Source: the human T2T-CHM13v2.0 reference genome, Homo sapiens. Taken from it: 64,000 bases of DNA. The stretch is from the NCBI RefSeq assembly GCF_009914755.1, contig NC_060937.1; one strand, given 5' to 3'. The position numbers and the translations under genes were made by a program. A model generated the notes under the pieces. That model saw only the letters and a program-made list of their open reading frames with translations. It was not told where the DNA came from and did no database searches. The first letter of the stretch is position 1; each line of letters opens with the position of its first letter. Below, piece after piece: positions 1-13,648 of this stretch.

Positions 1-1334
1 GATATTTGAACTCTAATTTAAGTGGAGGCCTATTAAGTTATCTTTAGAACATTTTCTCCTAATAGTTATCTGGCATTAGTCAGCCTCATTAGGATCTCCT
101 GGGGTTGATACAGCCTCAGATTTGCAGTTGACAAAATACAGATTTTTTTGTCCCTGTCCCATAACTGAATTAGTAGTTCTGGGGTTAGCATTAAAAAATG
201 TGGATCTATAAAAAAACTTTCTAAGATTAAGGAACTTCTGACGTTTAAACAAATGTGGGAACTGCCAGCTTGCTAAAACGAAAAGGAGAGAAGAGATAAT
301 TCATGTATATTGAAAATGTGAGAAAAAATAAGAATTTTGAATGGGTTTTGTTGTAAAAGGAGACCAATGTGCAGACAAACTTGGCTTGAATGAAGAGTAT
401 AGGACTTTAATCTGGACAAGGTTAAATGCATGGATTTTAAAGTTGCTGTCAACTGGGCTCCATCTGGCCATGATTGTGCTGCTCTGAGAGTAGATTTTCT
501 TTACTCTCAAGGTCAGCGTCAATGTAGTCTTAAAACATCAACGGGAGTAAATTTGATTCTGCAGTAGCCTGGGGCTATTGCTTGTATTTTCTGTAGTTCT
601 ATGCCTGCATCTATTCCCAAATGCCCATTCAAATAATCATTCACATCATATATTAATAACAAAACTTGCAAGGTTAGACACAAAGTTTTCAACAAAAGTG
701 CCCTGAGAAAAATAAATCCTAAATTTAATCTGTGAACTTTGGAATAATCAAAACTCTTTAATCAGTGGTTAATATTTACCTTGCGTTGTTTTAGGGCAAA
801 CAGTTTTGCAAAGTGGAGGGGCAGCTGAAGGAAGAATGTAATAAAAATCTTGTCAAACAAGAAAAATATTTAATAGGCCCCACGAATTATAATGCATGTT
901 TGCACTAGTGTTAAATAGGAAAATTTAAAAAAAAATTCATTGGTGAGAGAATTTAGAAAAAAAAGATTTGAAAATATTTGAGGAATAAATGTAGAAGTAG
1001 ATAACTAGAGAAATGTCAAGAATGTCACTGAATTTAGTTTTCTAACAAAGTCATATTAGATATTATTTTAGTCAGATGCTCTTCTTTTAAAACAAGGGAG
1101 GCCCAGAGAATAAACTTATTTTAGGAAATATTGATTAGTTTACTTTTCAATATGTTAAAAAGTTTAAGGTGAACAGAAAGCTAGATGGAAATTGGAATGG
1201 TTTAAAGACGTGAATGTTCAAAAGTTGACTGTTAAGAAGTGGTTATGCATAAAAGTCAGACCTGGAAAGGACAAAAGTGGTTGTTGATATTTTACATTAA
1301 ATTCTGCAGTGGTTTTAAAACATTGCCCCAGAAG

Positions 1335-1950
1335 TCTTTTGGTATTCTCCCATTGAGAGGCCATTTTGAATTTGGGCTGACCTGTGACTGCTTTGACCAA
1401 TAGATTACAGCAGAAGTGACTGCCAACACCAGCTCATTCTTTTAGGATGCTTTCTCTGAAAGATCTCTAAAAAATCATAGCCACCAGGCTGTGAGAAGCT
1501 AAAACCATATGAAGAATCTATGTTTTGGCTCTCTGGTCATCAGTAGCTGCTGAACACATCCTATAGCCTCTCAAGCCCAGGTCCAGACATATAAGTAACA
1601 AAGACATCTCAGAGGTGGATCCCCCAGCCTCAGCTCTTCTACCTCTTTCCTTTTGAGTATTTTCAGCTGTGATGTTCTTTCTAAATTCATGGAACACAGA
1701 ATCCATGACCTTAATAAAAAAAATAAAAATAAAAATAAAAAACTTTAGGACTCTGTATTATATAGTAATAGTAATAGGAAAGCCTCTGTTAATCATGCCA
1801 ATCATTCAGATCTTTCCAACTGAAGCCTCAGACAAATGAAACAGACAGGAGTCATAGTGCTATGTCCTGCCAAAATTCCTGATCCACAGAATCCACAAGC
1901 ATTACAAAACATTTTTATTCCACTAAATTGAGCAGTAATAACTAAAGCAT
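1335..1950 (+). mobile_element. Old MaLR LTR (MLT1G/H-like), degraded
   Basis: Contains TTTGGGCTGACCTGTGACTGCTTTGACCAATAGATTACAGCAGAAGTGAC and a 3' segment AAATTCCTGATCCACAGAATCC...AGCAGTAATAACTAAAGCA, typical of MLT1G/H. Boundaries approximate. Confidence 0.6.
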
Positions 1951-2069
1951 ATAGCCTTTACAAACGTGATGAAATTCATGGATGTCTTCCCAACAGTGCA
2001 CTGTTACTCAAAATATTGCTTAGATCTATTTCTCTATGGTTCTCAAATGTCTTTGTTTTTATCATACTA

Positions 2070-2370
2070 ATAAAAATAGTTAACATTGAGTAGGTGCTTA
2101 TGGGCAAATTCAAGAGCAATTTATCTGAAAAAATTGAACAGTCATTCACAATAAAATACTCTAGTTATCCTTATTTAACATATACAGTGCTAACATATAC
2201 CACATGTACCAAAGCTCTATAAGGTAGGTATTATTATTATTAGTCCAATTTTACATTTAAAGAAACTGAAGCTCAAAGCAATTAGAAATATTTTCCCAAA
2301 TTTATGGGATTAGCTATGGAGAAAGTACATAAATGGATAGTCCGTCTTGAAATTTATGCTGTTAACTCCA
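2070..2370 (-). mobile_element. MIR SINE fragment
   Basis: AAGGTAGGTATTATTATTATTAGTCCAATTTTACATTTAAAGAAACTGAAGCTCAAAG matches the reverse complement of the MIR core. Confidence 0.65.
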
Positions 2371-3813
2371 ATACTAACATGTCTCTCAATTAAACCTAGA
2401 GAAGAGAGCTACCTCAACTAAGACTAAACACTTGGTTACAGATTATGTTTAGACTAAATTCAGGTTTCTTGACTTCAATTCCATGCTTCTTTATTCAGTC
2501 TGCCTCAACAAATGACACTAATAATTTTTCTACTTTTCCATGTGAAATAAACAGTAATTAAGTTAATTAAGATGTGTTTTTCTAAAAATGTAAGGCTGAA
2601 AACCCTACACAAGATGTACATTGGGCATAGCAGGATACCAATCAGGGGTCATTAAATAAAAGCAAGTTAATTAAGGACATTAAACTGTTTCTAGATAGGG
2701 TGATCTGACCTAAAAAATACACAGCCTTTTCCTGCTCTATTAAATTTGAATTGTGCCCTTGTAGATCCCTGCCTTTTGGAAAAAGCCAAAAGATAACTGG
2801 AAGTAGAAAATTAGAACATCAGAGGATATTTACAATCACAGAGGAATGTCTTATTAAATGTGCCTAAATAGTTTTCATTCTGGATGTTTTAACAAGAGAG
2901 AAGTGCTTATTATGAAAGACAAGTGCTTTCCTCCTCCTGCCCCTCAGGTTGATGTTCTTTCACTGCGAAGGATGCATGGAAACTGAAAAAAAGACATACA
3001 GAAAAAAAGAGCTATGTCAGCTAAATGAATTGACTTACGTTCAGTTAATAGACAGCTGTTCATGTTAATGCCCTCTCACGCCGTCTTTCACTAGGCTACA
3101 TTCAGAGAAGAGGTATATTTGCACGTTTTCTTTCCCACAGTTCCTTGGGCATGTGTTATCTCTTTTGCATCATCAGTTTATATTTGAGCTAACAGAGGCT
3201 TCCATATTAGGCAATTTATATGACAGTTGGTTTGGCCCAGTTGTTTTTCAAGTATCTTTAATATCATCTTTATTCTATTATTTGTGCTTCTGATAATTTT
3301 AACCAGGAAGATATAAACAACTTTTGAAAAAAAATGGCACAGCTCTTTTCTATTTTAATGCCCTTTGTTGTCATTCCTGTACTCAGTTTTCTTTTGTAAT
3401 TAAAAAATATTTAGTACAATCAGTGATTTATTTCCACATTTAAACTTGGAAATCCTCTTCACCAATATCCTTATCAATTTCTTTCTTATTGATAACATGT
3501 TCATGCTGTAAATTGCTTTAGTATTATTAATTTCTTGCCTCCTTTCTTCTAGGAACTGTTGAGCAACTGATTTTTGATTATTTCCTGAGTTGTTCTGCAG
3601 GCTTAAAAGGATAGTTTCTTGTTGGTCAAATCACAGAAAAGTCTTATACAAGAATTATCATCGGGTCAAGTTCTCAGACTTACATTGTAATTAATTGCTT
3701 AGCCTCATTACTTCCACACTATATAATAGTTTTACTCTTTGTTCTTTCTATTAAACTGGTTTTACTTTAGAATTTTGTTTCACTGTAATGAATGCCATAA
3801 GAATATTCTTTAA

Positions 3814-4128
<315 letters not shown>

Positions 4129-4289
4129 TCGGTGTTTATTTTTACAAACAAGATAGCTCACATTTCCCTCCAACACCATTTTAGAATAAAGCTTGTCATT
4201 TCTATTTGACCTTTTGTTATCTCTTCCTGATTTTCTGAGAATGATTTATACTAAATATTATATCTTTTATATTGTGTACATATATATGT

Positions 4290-4510
4290 TATTTATAATC
4301 CCATATCTGAATATCTGAATTCCAAAATACTCCAAAATCTGACTTTTTGAGCACAGCACTGACATGACACTCAAAGGAAATGCTCTTTGGAGCACTTTGG
4401 ATTTTGGATTTTCAGATTAGGGATACTTTACGGTTTCAAAATCTGAAAATCTCTGAAATCTGTAACATTTCTGGTCTCCAGTGTTTTGGATTGGGAATAG
4501 TCAATCTGTA
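4290..4510 (-). mobile_element. MER46A/Tigger4a-like MITE (TcMar-Tigger)
   Basis: GACATGACACTCAAAGGAAATGCTCTTTGGAGCACTTTGGATTTTGGATTTTCAGATTAGGGATAC, ending GGGAATAGTCAATCTG-TA. Confidence 0.75.
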
Positions 4511-6915
4511 ACATACATGCATATTACACTGTGTTTTCTTTAATTAAAGTAATTGCATTAATTTGTCTAAGCTAGGGATGTATCAAAAGTACATATTTCA
4601 TTTTGATCCTTAAATCAATTTTGACATATTTCTTCTTATGATTAAATACACATGATTCATAGAAGGAATAAGGTCCTCCACTGGGATCTTTTTGTTTTGT
4701 AAAAGACTTTCATTATACAGCTCTGTTGGCTATTTATCCAGACCCAGCTCCTGTCATAAACCTTTATGCTTTATGTTACAGTAATAATGAATTATTTGCA
4801 ATTCCTAAAATATCACAATTGCATTATATAATTCCAATTGTTGGCATTGAAGCCAAGGACTGTGATTTTTCCATAGTTATTGTCTCAGCAACTAGCAGTA
4901 TGGTGGCATAAATATCTGTTGAAACAACAAACAGCTTTTCTTTCACAGTAGTTACTACATAAATATTTGCTGAAAGAAATTAATAAACAGCTTGTCTTTC
5001 CAACATTTCTTGTATTTGAAATACTTCCATCTAATCTTTCTTTATTATCTGCATGCTTTCTCCTAAGTATGAGCCATTTACTCACCAATTTGAGTTTTAT
5101 TTAGCTCCACAATCTTGAAGCATTTTAGCATGGCGAGATGATTTGAATTGCCTTAATGACAGTCAGGCATATGAAACAGGTTTGCTAAATCCTACTTTTC
5201 TAGACTTTTTCGGGGACCCTAGAACAGTATTTTGAAATAGCAATTATAACAAAATTATTTCAATGTATTAATATATACATATTTTTAAATTCTGAGCAGG
5301 TGTTGATTTTTTTTTATAACAAGAAACCTTTCAGAAGTGAAAGATAACAGATTTACGATCCTTGTCAATAAAGCAAGTATTGGCAATTTCACTTAACAGT
5401 TTTAATGAAGGAATTGTAGCACCGAGTCTGTTGCAAAGTTATTGATAAAAGTGCTACTCTTTGTGATGAAAATAATTATCACTGTAGAGTAGGCATAAAA
5501 ATACCCCACAATAGTCAGACACCCAGAAATAAAAGTTAGAGAAATTTGTGGAAACATGATTGAATGTGCATAAGATGACTTAATCTAGGTCCAATTACTC
5601 TTATTTTAATATCATTTAAAATGAAATCATATTGGGCTTCAAATGGTTTTTCATATCTAGAGTCAGTGTCATAACAGCAATGACTGCCATTAGTACAGGT
5701 AGTTTATAGCTCAAATTTTTACCTTTGTATTTACCTAGTCTCACTGTTTTGCGCTGTCTCCCTTCAGTCCCTTGATTAAATGATATCCTGTACATTCCAA
5801 AAAGCTCAGTGCAATGTTGGTTTGGGGAGAACTCAATGGAGCTTATATAATGATGCATTTGGTAATCAGTTATGGCAAAATACACAGTTATTAACCAGAA
5901 ATTATAATATCCTTGTTGACTTTTTTAAGCACTCCCTATTATCTTTAGCTTTATAATCGAGATTACATCTTTGGTAGCATATAGTTTATTAATACTTTCT
6001 AACATATAATAATGAAAGAGTGTGTGTGTGGGTGTGTAAGTGTGTCTATGACAGAATAGTCTTTTTGGTTTTACAAAAGCCAAACTAGATAAATTTTATT
6101 TATATCATTTCTGTATTCAATATTTATCATGAAGTACATATTAAATAATTATTTTGTAAACTTTATGGCGGCATTTAAAATGCACAGTCTTTATTGTAAC
6201 AAAATAATACTTACTAGGCTTAATCTGGCAAACGTGAGCAGAAGGGATTTGCCAGTAGGAATACTAAATGCAGGGATTTACAAGGAGAATACTGCAACTT
6301 GTCCTTTGTAATTTTGCAATAATATCTGAATATCAAGGCACCTATTCTTGATCACCAAATTTTGCTTTCATTCAGCCCACAGAGGCTGTTACAAATCCTT
6401 CCCAAACACCCTTCCTTAAGCAGAGAATCCCACCCGCTTCTCCTACGCTCAACAGGCAACCTTGCTTCTTATTTAAGAAAAAAAAAAATAGAAGCCATCT
6501 GTTGGAACTTTTCTAAATTTTCTTCTTTTCTACCTCTAAAGTTGCCTAGAGGGAACAGAAGCCCCTTCTATACACTCGAGTATGCACCTTTGCATCTTTT
6601 TGGTAAAGTTGATCTTTCTGGTCTAAGTTCCTTTATTTTCAATCTCTAACCCTATAATGAATACTGCTTCCTCCCAAAGCACACACTCAAAAAAAAAAAT
6701 GAAAATAAAGAAAATAAACAAAAAAGTGCTCACATTTCCATTTCCAACCACATTGTGCCAGTTTTTTAACCATCAAATTTCCCCAAAATAACTTAGCCTC
6801 CCAATTTATTTCTTCCTCATCCCTCCCTTTCTCTTTCACTATACATTTCTTGAGTCAAAATATTTATTAAATACTTAATATGCACAGGCTATTTTGCTAT
6901 ATGCTGGACTATAGC

Positions 6916-7294
6916 TGATATGGTTTGGCTGTGTCCCTACCCAAATCTCATCTTGAATTATAGTTCCCATAATCCCCATGTGTCATGGGAGGGACCCAGT
7001 GGAAGGTAATTGGATCATGGGGGCAGTTTTCCCCATGCTATTCTCATGATAGTGAGTAAGTTCTCATGAGATCTGATGGTTTTGCAAGGGGCTTTCCTGA
7101 CTTCACTCAGCTCTCATTCTTCTCCTTCATGCCACCATGTGAAGAAGGATGTGTTTGCTTTCCCTTCCGCCATAATTGTACATTTCCTGAGGCCTCCCCA
7201 GCCCTGTAGAACTGTCAGTCAATTCAACCTTTTTCCTTTGTAAATTACCCAGTCTTGGGTGTTTCTTCTTAGTAGCATGGAAGGAACTAATACA
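6916..7294 (+). mobile_element. THE1D-like MaLR solo LTR
   Basis: TGATATGGTTTGGCTGTGTCCC...GAACTAATACA, with 5-bp TSD ATAGC/GTAGC. Confidence 0.92.
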
Positions 7295-7424
7295 GTAGCC
7301 AAAGGAAATATCCTGCTTAAAAGTCACAGTTACACAAGTCTGACCAATAATAACACAATTACAATACATTTTGATAAGTACTATGAAAACATAATTGAGA
7401 AATATATGAAAGAGAACTGCTATT

Positions 7425-7610
7425 CCTTTTGTTTGTTTGTTTGTTTAATTTAAGTTCTGGCATACACATGCAGAAGAACGTTCAGGTTTGTTACACCGGT
7501 ATACATGTACCATGGTGGTTTGCTGCACCTATCACCCTATCATCTAGGTTTTAAGCCATGCATCCATTAGCTATTTGTCCCTCCCCTCACCCCTCATTCC
7601 TTGACAGCCT
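7425..7610 (-). mobile_element. Short L1PA (approx. PA8-PA13) 3' end
   Basis: TTTAAGTTCTGGCATACACATGCAGAA...CAGGTTTGTTACAC...GGTGGTTTGCTGCACCTATCA is the reverse complement of the L1PA 3' UTR, preceded by a T-rich tail. Confidence 0.8.
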
Positions 7611-7716
7611 ATTTCATAAGTTAGACATTCTTTAAAATTCAGCTAGAGAAAAAGAAACATATCCAACACATATTCAAGAGTTACCCATTTATCTTCTCAT
7701 TGGCTTCAGTTAATAA

Positions 7717-8265
7717 TGTCATGTCCAGGGTCAGGTTCCAGCCCATGCTGAGGTCTGAAGGGAGTGAGTGCAAGAGTGGCAGATTGCTGAAAGAACACTT
7801 GGGGGGCTGTAGGCAGGTGAAAGATGGTTTTATTCAGCAGCTTCCTTACACTGTCTGTCTCTGTCTTAGTTGCCTGCTCTTGTTCTGCAGCTCCTTCCAC
7901 TCTCATGCATAGCTGCATGGCTGGCTCTCCCTTACAGGGTCAACAGCTTAACTCTTTCTCTCTCTGGGTGCGAGCAAGCTGAGCTGGGTCCTGGCTCCCC
8001 CCGTCTATCTGAAAGACAGAAAGCTCTGGCTCCCCCTCTTTTTCTCTGGATGCAAGTGTGCCTATACAGTGTCAGCAGGGCAGTTATACCTTTTACAGTC
8101 AATAGTTGCTCTGAGCCAGGTTATGAGCCTTCCCATGTTATGGCTACATAGCTGTGATTATGTAATAAGTGGAGTTACGCTCCTGCGCTCCAAACTCGCT
8201 GAGTCACACAGGATGTTTACCTTGGCCTATGCCTGCCTGGCTGCAGTGCAGGCATATTCCTTACA
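7717..8265 (-). mobile_element. ERVL solo LTR (LTR18B/LTR32-like)
   Basis: Minus strand starts TGTAAGGAATATGCCTGCACTGCAGCCAGGCAGGCATAGGCCAAGGTAAACATCCTG. TG...CA termini. Perfect 5-bp TSD AATAA (7712-7716, 8266-8270). Confidence 0.8.
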
Positions 8266-8269
8266 AATA

Positions 8270-9090
8270 AACATTTCCTGAGAAACACCTACATGCTGGG
8301 CACTCTATTAGGCATTAAGTATTGATAACAGAATGAAACTGGCATGGCACTCAGGTAAATGAGTATTTTGTGATGGTAATGGGATAACTATAAAGGCATA
8401 GGAGAAGTGCCTATTCCAGCCTGGGGATAGCAGATAAAGATTCTAAGGGGATCATTTTTTATTTAAGCATAGGATCCCTGCAATTAGCAGGGTGAAACCT
8501 TGAAGGGACAGAGGGTGCCTATACACAGGCTAGCATAGGGCTCTCAAGTTTTTCCATAAAACTTTACTACAGAAGATAATGTTTCATATTCTCAGGGGCT
8601 CAAAATGTTATGCATCAAGAACAAGATTTCCCCACTTTAGTTTAAAATGTATAGCAAATTGTACATATTTATGATAAGGAGCTTAGATTTTATTATCTGA
8701 ATTATACAGGAAGAAAACAGGGTATTCAGATGGAAAGTGACATGACTATATTTAATATTTAGATATGTCATTTTGTCAGCCTTGTTAAGAAGAGGCTCAA
8801 GTCAGGTTGGGATTACAAATTGATGCTGGAGTTAAAAGTCTACTCACAGGTGCAGAGTGTGAATGAAGATACTGACCATAATAATGAAGAGAATGATAGA
8901 GATTTGAAATATTAAGGAAATATGATGCAATGCCTTTATTGGCTATTTGGGGGAGGAGTTTAGGACTGAAAGAGGAGTCCCTGACAACTCTCAAGTTTAT
9001 AGGCTGCACTTCTGAGTGAAAGAAGGTGCTCTTTATTGAGCTGTGTAACATAAAAGGAGAAGTTTTGCAGGAAGGAAAGATTATAGTATA
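8270..9090 (-). mobile_element. L2 LINE fragment
   Basis: CACCTACATGCTGGGCACTCTATTAGGCA and a downstream purine-rich segment resemble the reverse of the L2 3' region. Heavily diverged. Confidence 0.55.
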
Positions 9091-9118
9091 ACCAATTAAA
9101 GAAAAATCTCTTCATTTC

Positions 9119-10177
9119 TGTATTGATTTTTATATTGTTGTGTAACAAATAACAACTATAGCAGCTTAAAAACAACACTTATTTATTAACTCATTGCCAT
9201 AGAGGGCAGAAGTCCAGGCATGACATGACTGGGTTCTCTGCCTGGGCATCATCAGACTGAAATAAAAGTGTCCACTGGGGCTGGAGTTTCCATTTGAACT
9301 TTATGCTTTTCTTCCAGTCTCACTTGTTGTGGTAGGTTAAAAACTGACCCACCAACAGGTACTCTCATCATAATCACTGGGACCTGTGAATGTTACTTTA
9401 TCAGGCCAAGTCTTTGCAGATGTGATTAAGTATCTTGTGGTTATTCTGGTGGTCCCTAACTGCAACCAAGAGGGAGGCAGAAGGATATTTGACAAATACA
9501 CACACTGAAGAGAAAGCTATGTGAAGATAGAGCAGATAGAGAGTTGAAGATGCTGGCCTGGGAAATTGAACTAATGTGGCCACAGAATGCTGGCAACCAC
9601 TAGAAGCTGAAACAGGCCAAGAACATTCTCCCCTAGAGCCTTCAGAGAGAGTTTTGGCCCTGCTAAAATCTTAATTTTGGCCCAGTAATACAGATTTTGG
9701 ACTTATAGATTTCAAAACTGTGAGAGGATACATTTCTGTTGCTTTAAGCCACCAAGTTTGTGGTAATTTATTATAGCAGCCACAGGAAATTAATATGCTA
9801 GTTGTTCGCAAAATTGATATTCCTGTGGTTGTACAACTGAGGTCTCCATTTTCCTAATAGATCATGGCCAAGACAACTCAGTTTCTTTCCATGTGGTTCT
9901 CATATCAATGCATACCTACATGGATGTTTGCTTTCTTTCAAACCATATGGAGTGAGTCTCATTTACTTTCCATTCTGTAATCAGCTGGAGAAAACTCTCT
10001 GAATCTAAAGGGCTCAGGTAATGAGGTCAGGCCCACCAGGATAATCTTAAGGCAACTGATTTGAGACCTTATTTATATCTGCAAAATCCCTTTACAACAG
10101 TTTCTAGTGTTTGATTAAATAAGGGAGAAGTTGTGTGTATAAAATTTGGGGAGCCATCTTAGAATTCTTCCTACCAC
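9119..10177 (-). mobile_element. MLT1E-like MaLR LTR split by a nested MLT1C
   Basis: Starts TGTATTGATTTTTATATTGTTGTGTAACAAATAAC...AGCAGCTTAAAAACAACAC, resumes near 9800 and ends GCCATCTTAGAATTCTTCCTACCAC. Confidence 0.7.
9328..9797 (+). mobile_element. MLT1C-like MaLR solo LTR
   Basis: TGTGGTAGGTTAAAAA...CCTGTGAATGTTACTTTA...TTTGCAGATGTGATTAAG...TTTAAGCCACCAAGTTTGTGGTAATTTATTATAGCAGCCACAGGAAATTAATA. Confidence 0.8.
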
Positions 10178-10219
10178 TCTCTCATTATCCATATGCTGTT
10201 TCCTATATCACTATGACGA

Positions 10220-10360
10220 GAAGAATCACCTGGGCGTTTGATAAAAATGCTTATTCCAAGATCTCAATTCAGACTTACAGAAACAAAATCTCTAGGATTA
10301 GAATGTGGGAACATGCTTTTCTTAGCTTCCCTATGAGAATCTTAAAATCAGTCTACTGAA
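10220..10360. mobile_element. MER5-like hAT-Charlie MITE fragment
   Basis: AGAATCACCTGGG...AAAAATGCTTATTCC...AAAATCTCTAGG resembles the MER5 pattern. Confidence 0.45.
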
Positions 10361-10940
10361 TACTGCAAGTCTGTCCTTGCAGAGTATACCAGATCCACAA
10401 ATAAATCTAAACTTCTAAAACTGGCCATAAAATGACCATTTATGTATTTCTCAGTCCTTGAAATAGCCATTTCACAGTCTGTATCAAAAGTTTTGAGAGA
10501 GAAAGCGGTTGCTAGCTCTCTACAACTAGATGTTGTTAGAATTCTGGTCTCTCAATCAGATAAATTTAATTAGAAATATGTTATGACTCAATAAGAAGAA
10601 ATTATTATTAATTTTGTTGGGAGATAATTACATAGTGGTGGTGTACTAAAAAAGAAGTCCATACATATTTAAAGATGGATGTAGGGGTATTATGTGTGAA
10701 AAGACATAATGTCTGAGATGTGTGTTTAAAAAGCAGATGGAGACTAAATAAGATTGACATAATGTTGCATATTTTCAAACTATATACTTTGGAGTTTCTT
10801 ATACAATGTCTCTACTTTCAGCAATGGGGCTTCCTTAGCAATAATCTAGAATGTTATTGAAGCCTCCAAAAAAGAAAACTGAGTTTTTGTTTCAACAGTT
10901 GGGTAAGAATCACCTGCCAGTCTAAAACAACCTTGAATAG

Positions 10941-11271
<331 letters not shown>

Positions 11272-12094
11272 GAAACACTTTCGTGTTTGAGCTATCATTT
11301 GTTTTAGTCTATTTTTATAATAGTTTAGCCTGCCCTAATGAACATGACGAAATTTTATTTTCTATGTTCTTCTGAAAAATAAAACAGAACAAAACAAAAC
11401 TAAGTTAAACATCAGGAAACATTAGCTGTTGATCTAAAATAATACTAATGAAATAATTATTAGATTATTTCCAAAATTTATAATACCTACTGAGATATAG
11501 ATATCGCTAATCCTAGGTAATGTTAAATATTTTTAAAAGAATGTTTTGTTAATAGAGATGTACTGCTACACTGGTTAAAGTAATAAAATAACCTGATCAA
11601 ATTTTTGTATTATATAAATGTATGTGTTTGTTATACAAATTTAAATTATAAAGTTCATAGCATCTAATTTGTAGTTTTGAAGGAAAATAATAAGGTATGA
11701 AAATATTTTACGTGATAGTTTATATTTTTCTCATTCATTCATTCAAAATATTTTATTGAACACATACTATCAGCAAATAACTTTCATTATACAGTATACT
11801 AGTAAAAAGAAAAAATAAATAGGCAATTACATTGCAAACAAATTTAGTGCCATGTAGGACAAAATGCAAATTACCAAGAACTCAGCAGCAAGGTAAATTT
11901 GAGACTTGCTGGAACAAGTTTAATGATATTCTGTCCAAGGAATTATTGCACAGAATTGTTGAATATTTCAGTAATATGTATGTATAAAAACACACATAAT
12001 AAGCATTTTAGTATCTTTTTTAGCTGGATCCTTAAGACAATAGATGCCAAATACTAAAATGAATGAATAACAATTCCACAGAATGTCTCAGATT

Positions 12095-12850
12095 TGATTC
12101 TTTTGCAGTAGACACTCTGATGGAGGTTGGTTTTCAGGATATTTTTTCAAGATCAACTTTTATGGAAAAGGAGGAATAAATGAAGTGGGATTGGGTAGAA
12201 GTCACCCTGCAATGCAGGTCCTTCAAAGCCTCAGTCAACCCTATCCGAAACTCTATAACAATATGCCTTATAGCAGCATGATTTATAATCCTTTGGGTAT
12301 ATGATGACTTCATGTCCTTTGTAGGGACATGGATGAAGCTAGAAACAATCATTCTCAGCAAACTATTGCAAGGACAAAAAACCAAACACCGCATGTTCTC
12401 ATGCATAGGTGGGAATTGAACAATGAGAACACATGGACACAGGAAGGGGAACATCACATACCGGGGCCTGTTGTTGGGTGGGGGGAGGGGGGAGGGATAG
12501 CATCTGGAGATATACCTAATGTTAAATGACGAGTTACTGGGTGCAGCACACCAACATGGCACACGTATACATATGTAACTAACCTGCAGGTTGTGCACAC
12601 GTACCCTAAAACTTAAATAATAATTAAAAAAAACCAATACGCCCTATCAGAAATATCCTCTATTGGCTCAAAATGGCTGCATTTTTTATACCTCTGAATG
12701 ATGTAGATCATTCAGGAAATAGCATACTTTTGTGAAAAACGGTTCTATGAACTTGATGCAAACCCTGAAATAGACAACAGCTGGAGACTGAATTGGCAGC
12801 TAGTGCAACAAGTCTTCCAATTAACAAGGATCTAAGAGGCACAACTTTAT
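12095..12850 (-). mobile_element. LTR33/LTR16-like ERVL LTR interrupted by an L1PA insertion
   Basis: GTAGACACTCTGATGGAG...GAAGTGGGATTGGGTAGAAG...GCCTCAGTCAACCCTA; continues after 12647 to GGATCTAAGAGGCACA. Confidence 0.5.
12268..12634 (+). mobile_element. 5'-inverted, truncated L1PA (PA4/PA5-like) insertion
   Basis: 12301-12633 is a sense L1PA 3' end (ATGTCCTTTGTAGGGACATGGATGAAGC..., G-rich tract, ...CCTAAAACTTAAA-polyA). 12268-12302 is antisense L1. TSD CAATATGCCTTAT / CAATACGCCCTAT. Confidence 0.9.
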
Positions 12851-13648
12851 GTACCCTGGAACTTGGGAGATATAGTAAAATAGGATTTTCCTCAGTCTAA
12901 TATAACTACTCTCTAAATGTACTGTCTATGGAGGAAGGAAAGGTGGCTGCATTAGGATTTGCCTCATATCCTAGAGTTTTCCAGAGCAAAGGATGCTTAG
13001 AACACCTACCCCATGTACCAGATCAGAGCTATGAACATGTAGGAGCTAGCATGGGTTGTTTTAAAACCATCCAAGACAGCTTGCTAAGGGGCTGAGAAGA
13101 CCTCAACAGGAAGAATATGAAGGTGCATCTACAAATATCTAGGTATCCACAAAGGAGTTGAAGCCAACAAGCCAGAATAAAGATGCATGTTGATTATTGA
13201 ACCAAGGTTGTCCTTTTGACTAGAAGTACCTAGAAAGCTCTTTTATTATAAAAAATAATCAGAAGAATATAGGATATGTCTTACTTTTTCTCTACAGAGA
13301 TGGGGAAGAATTCATCTTGAGAATAAGATGAATGGAGAATGATGGAAAAGAATCTGATTGTGTTTCGTATACGTGCTACCTGTTCCAAAAAATTATTACA
13401 CAAATTCGGCTTCATATTATTGTCTGCTTACATCATTGTGCCTAAATTATCTCTCATTTTTCTAAATAGGAATGAAATATAAATATATGATATGAAGTTA
13501 TCATGCTTTATTTCTTCTTAGGTATCCTGAATAGCTCATTTATTCTTTGGAAATGTTGAAAAAAATGCTGGTTACCACAGCTTATGCATAACTTGCATTT
13601 GAAAACCACCAGGAATATCAAAATTAGCAGGAATGATTACCTGTCAAA

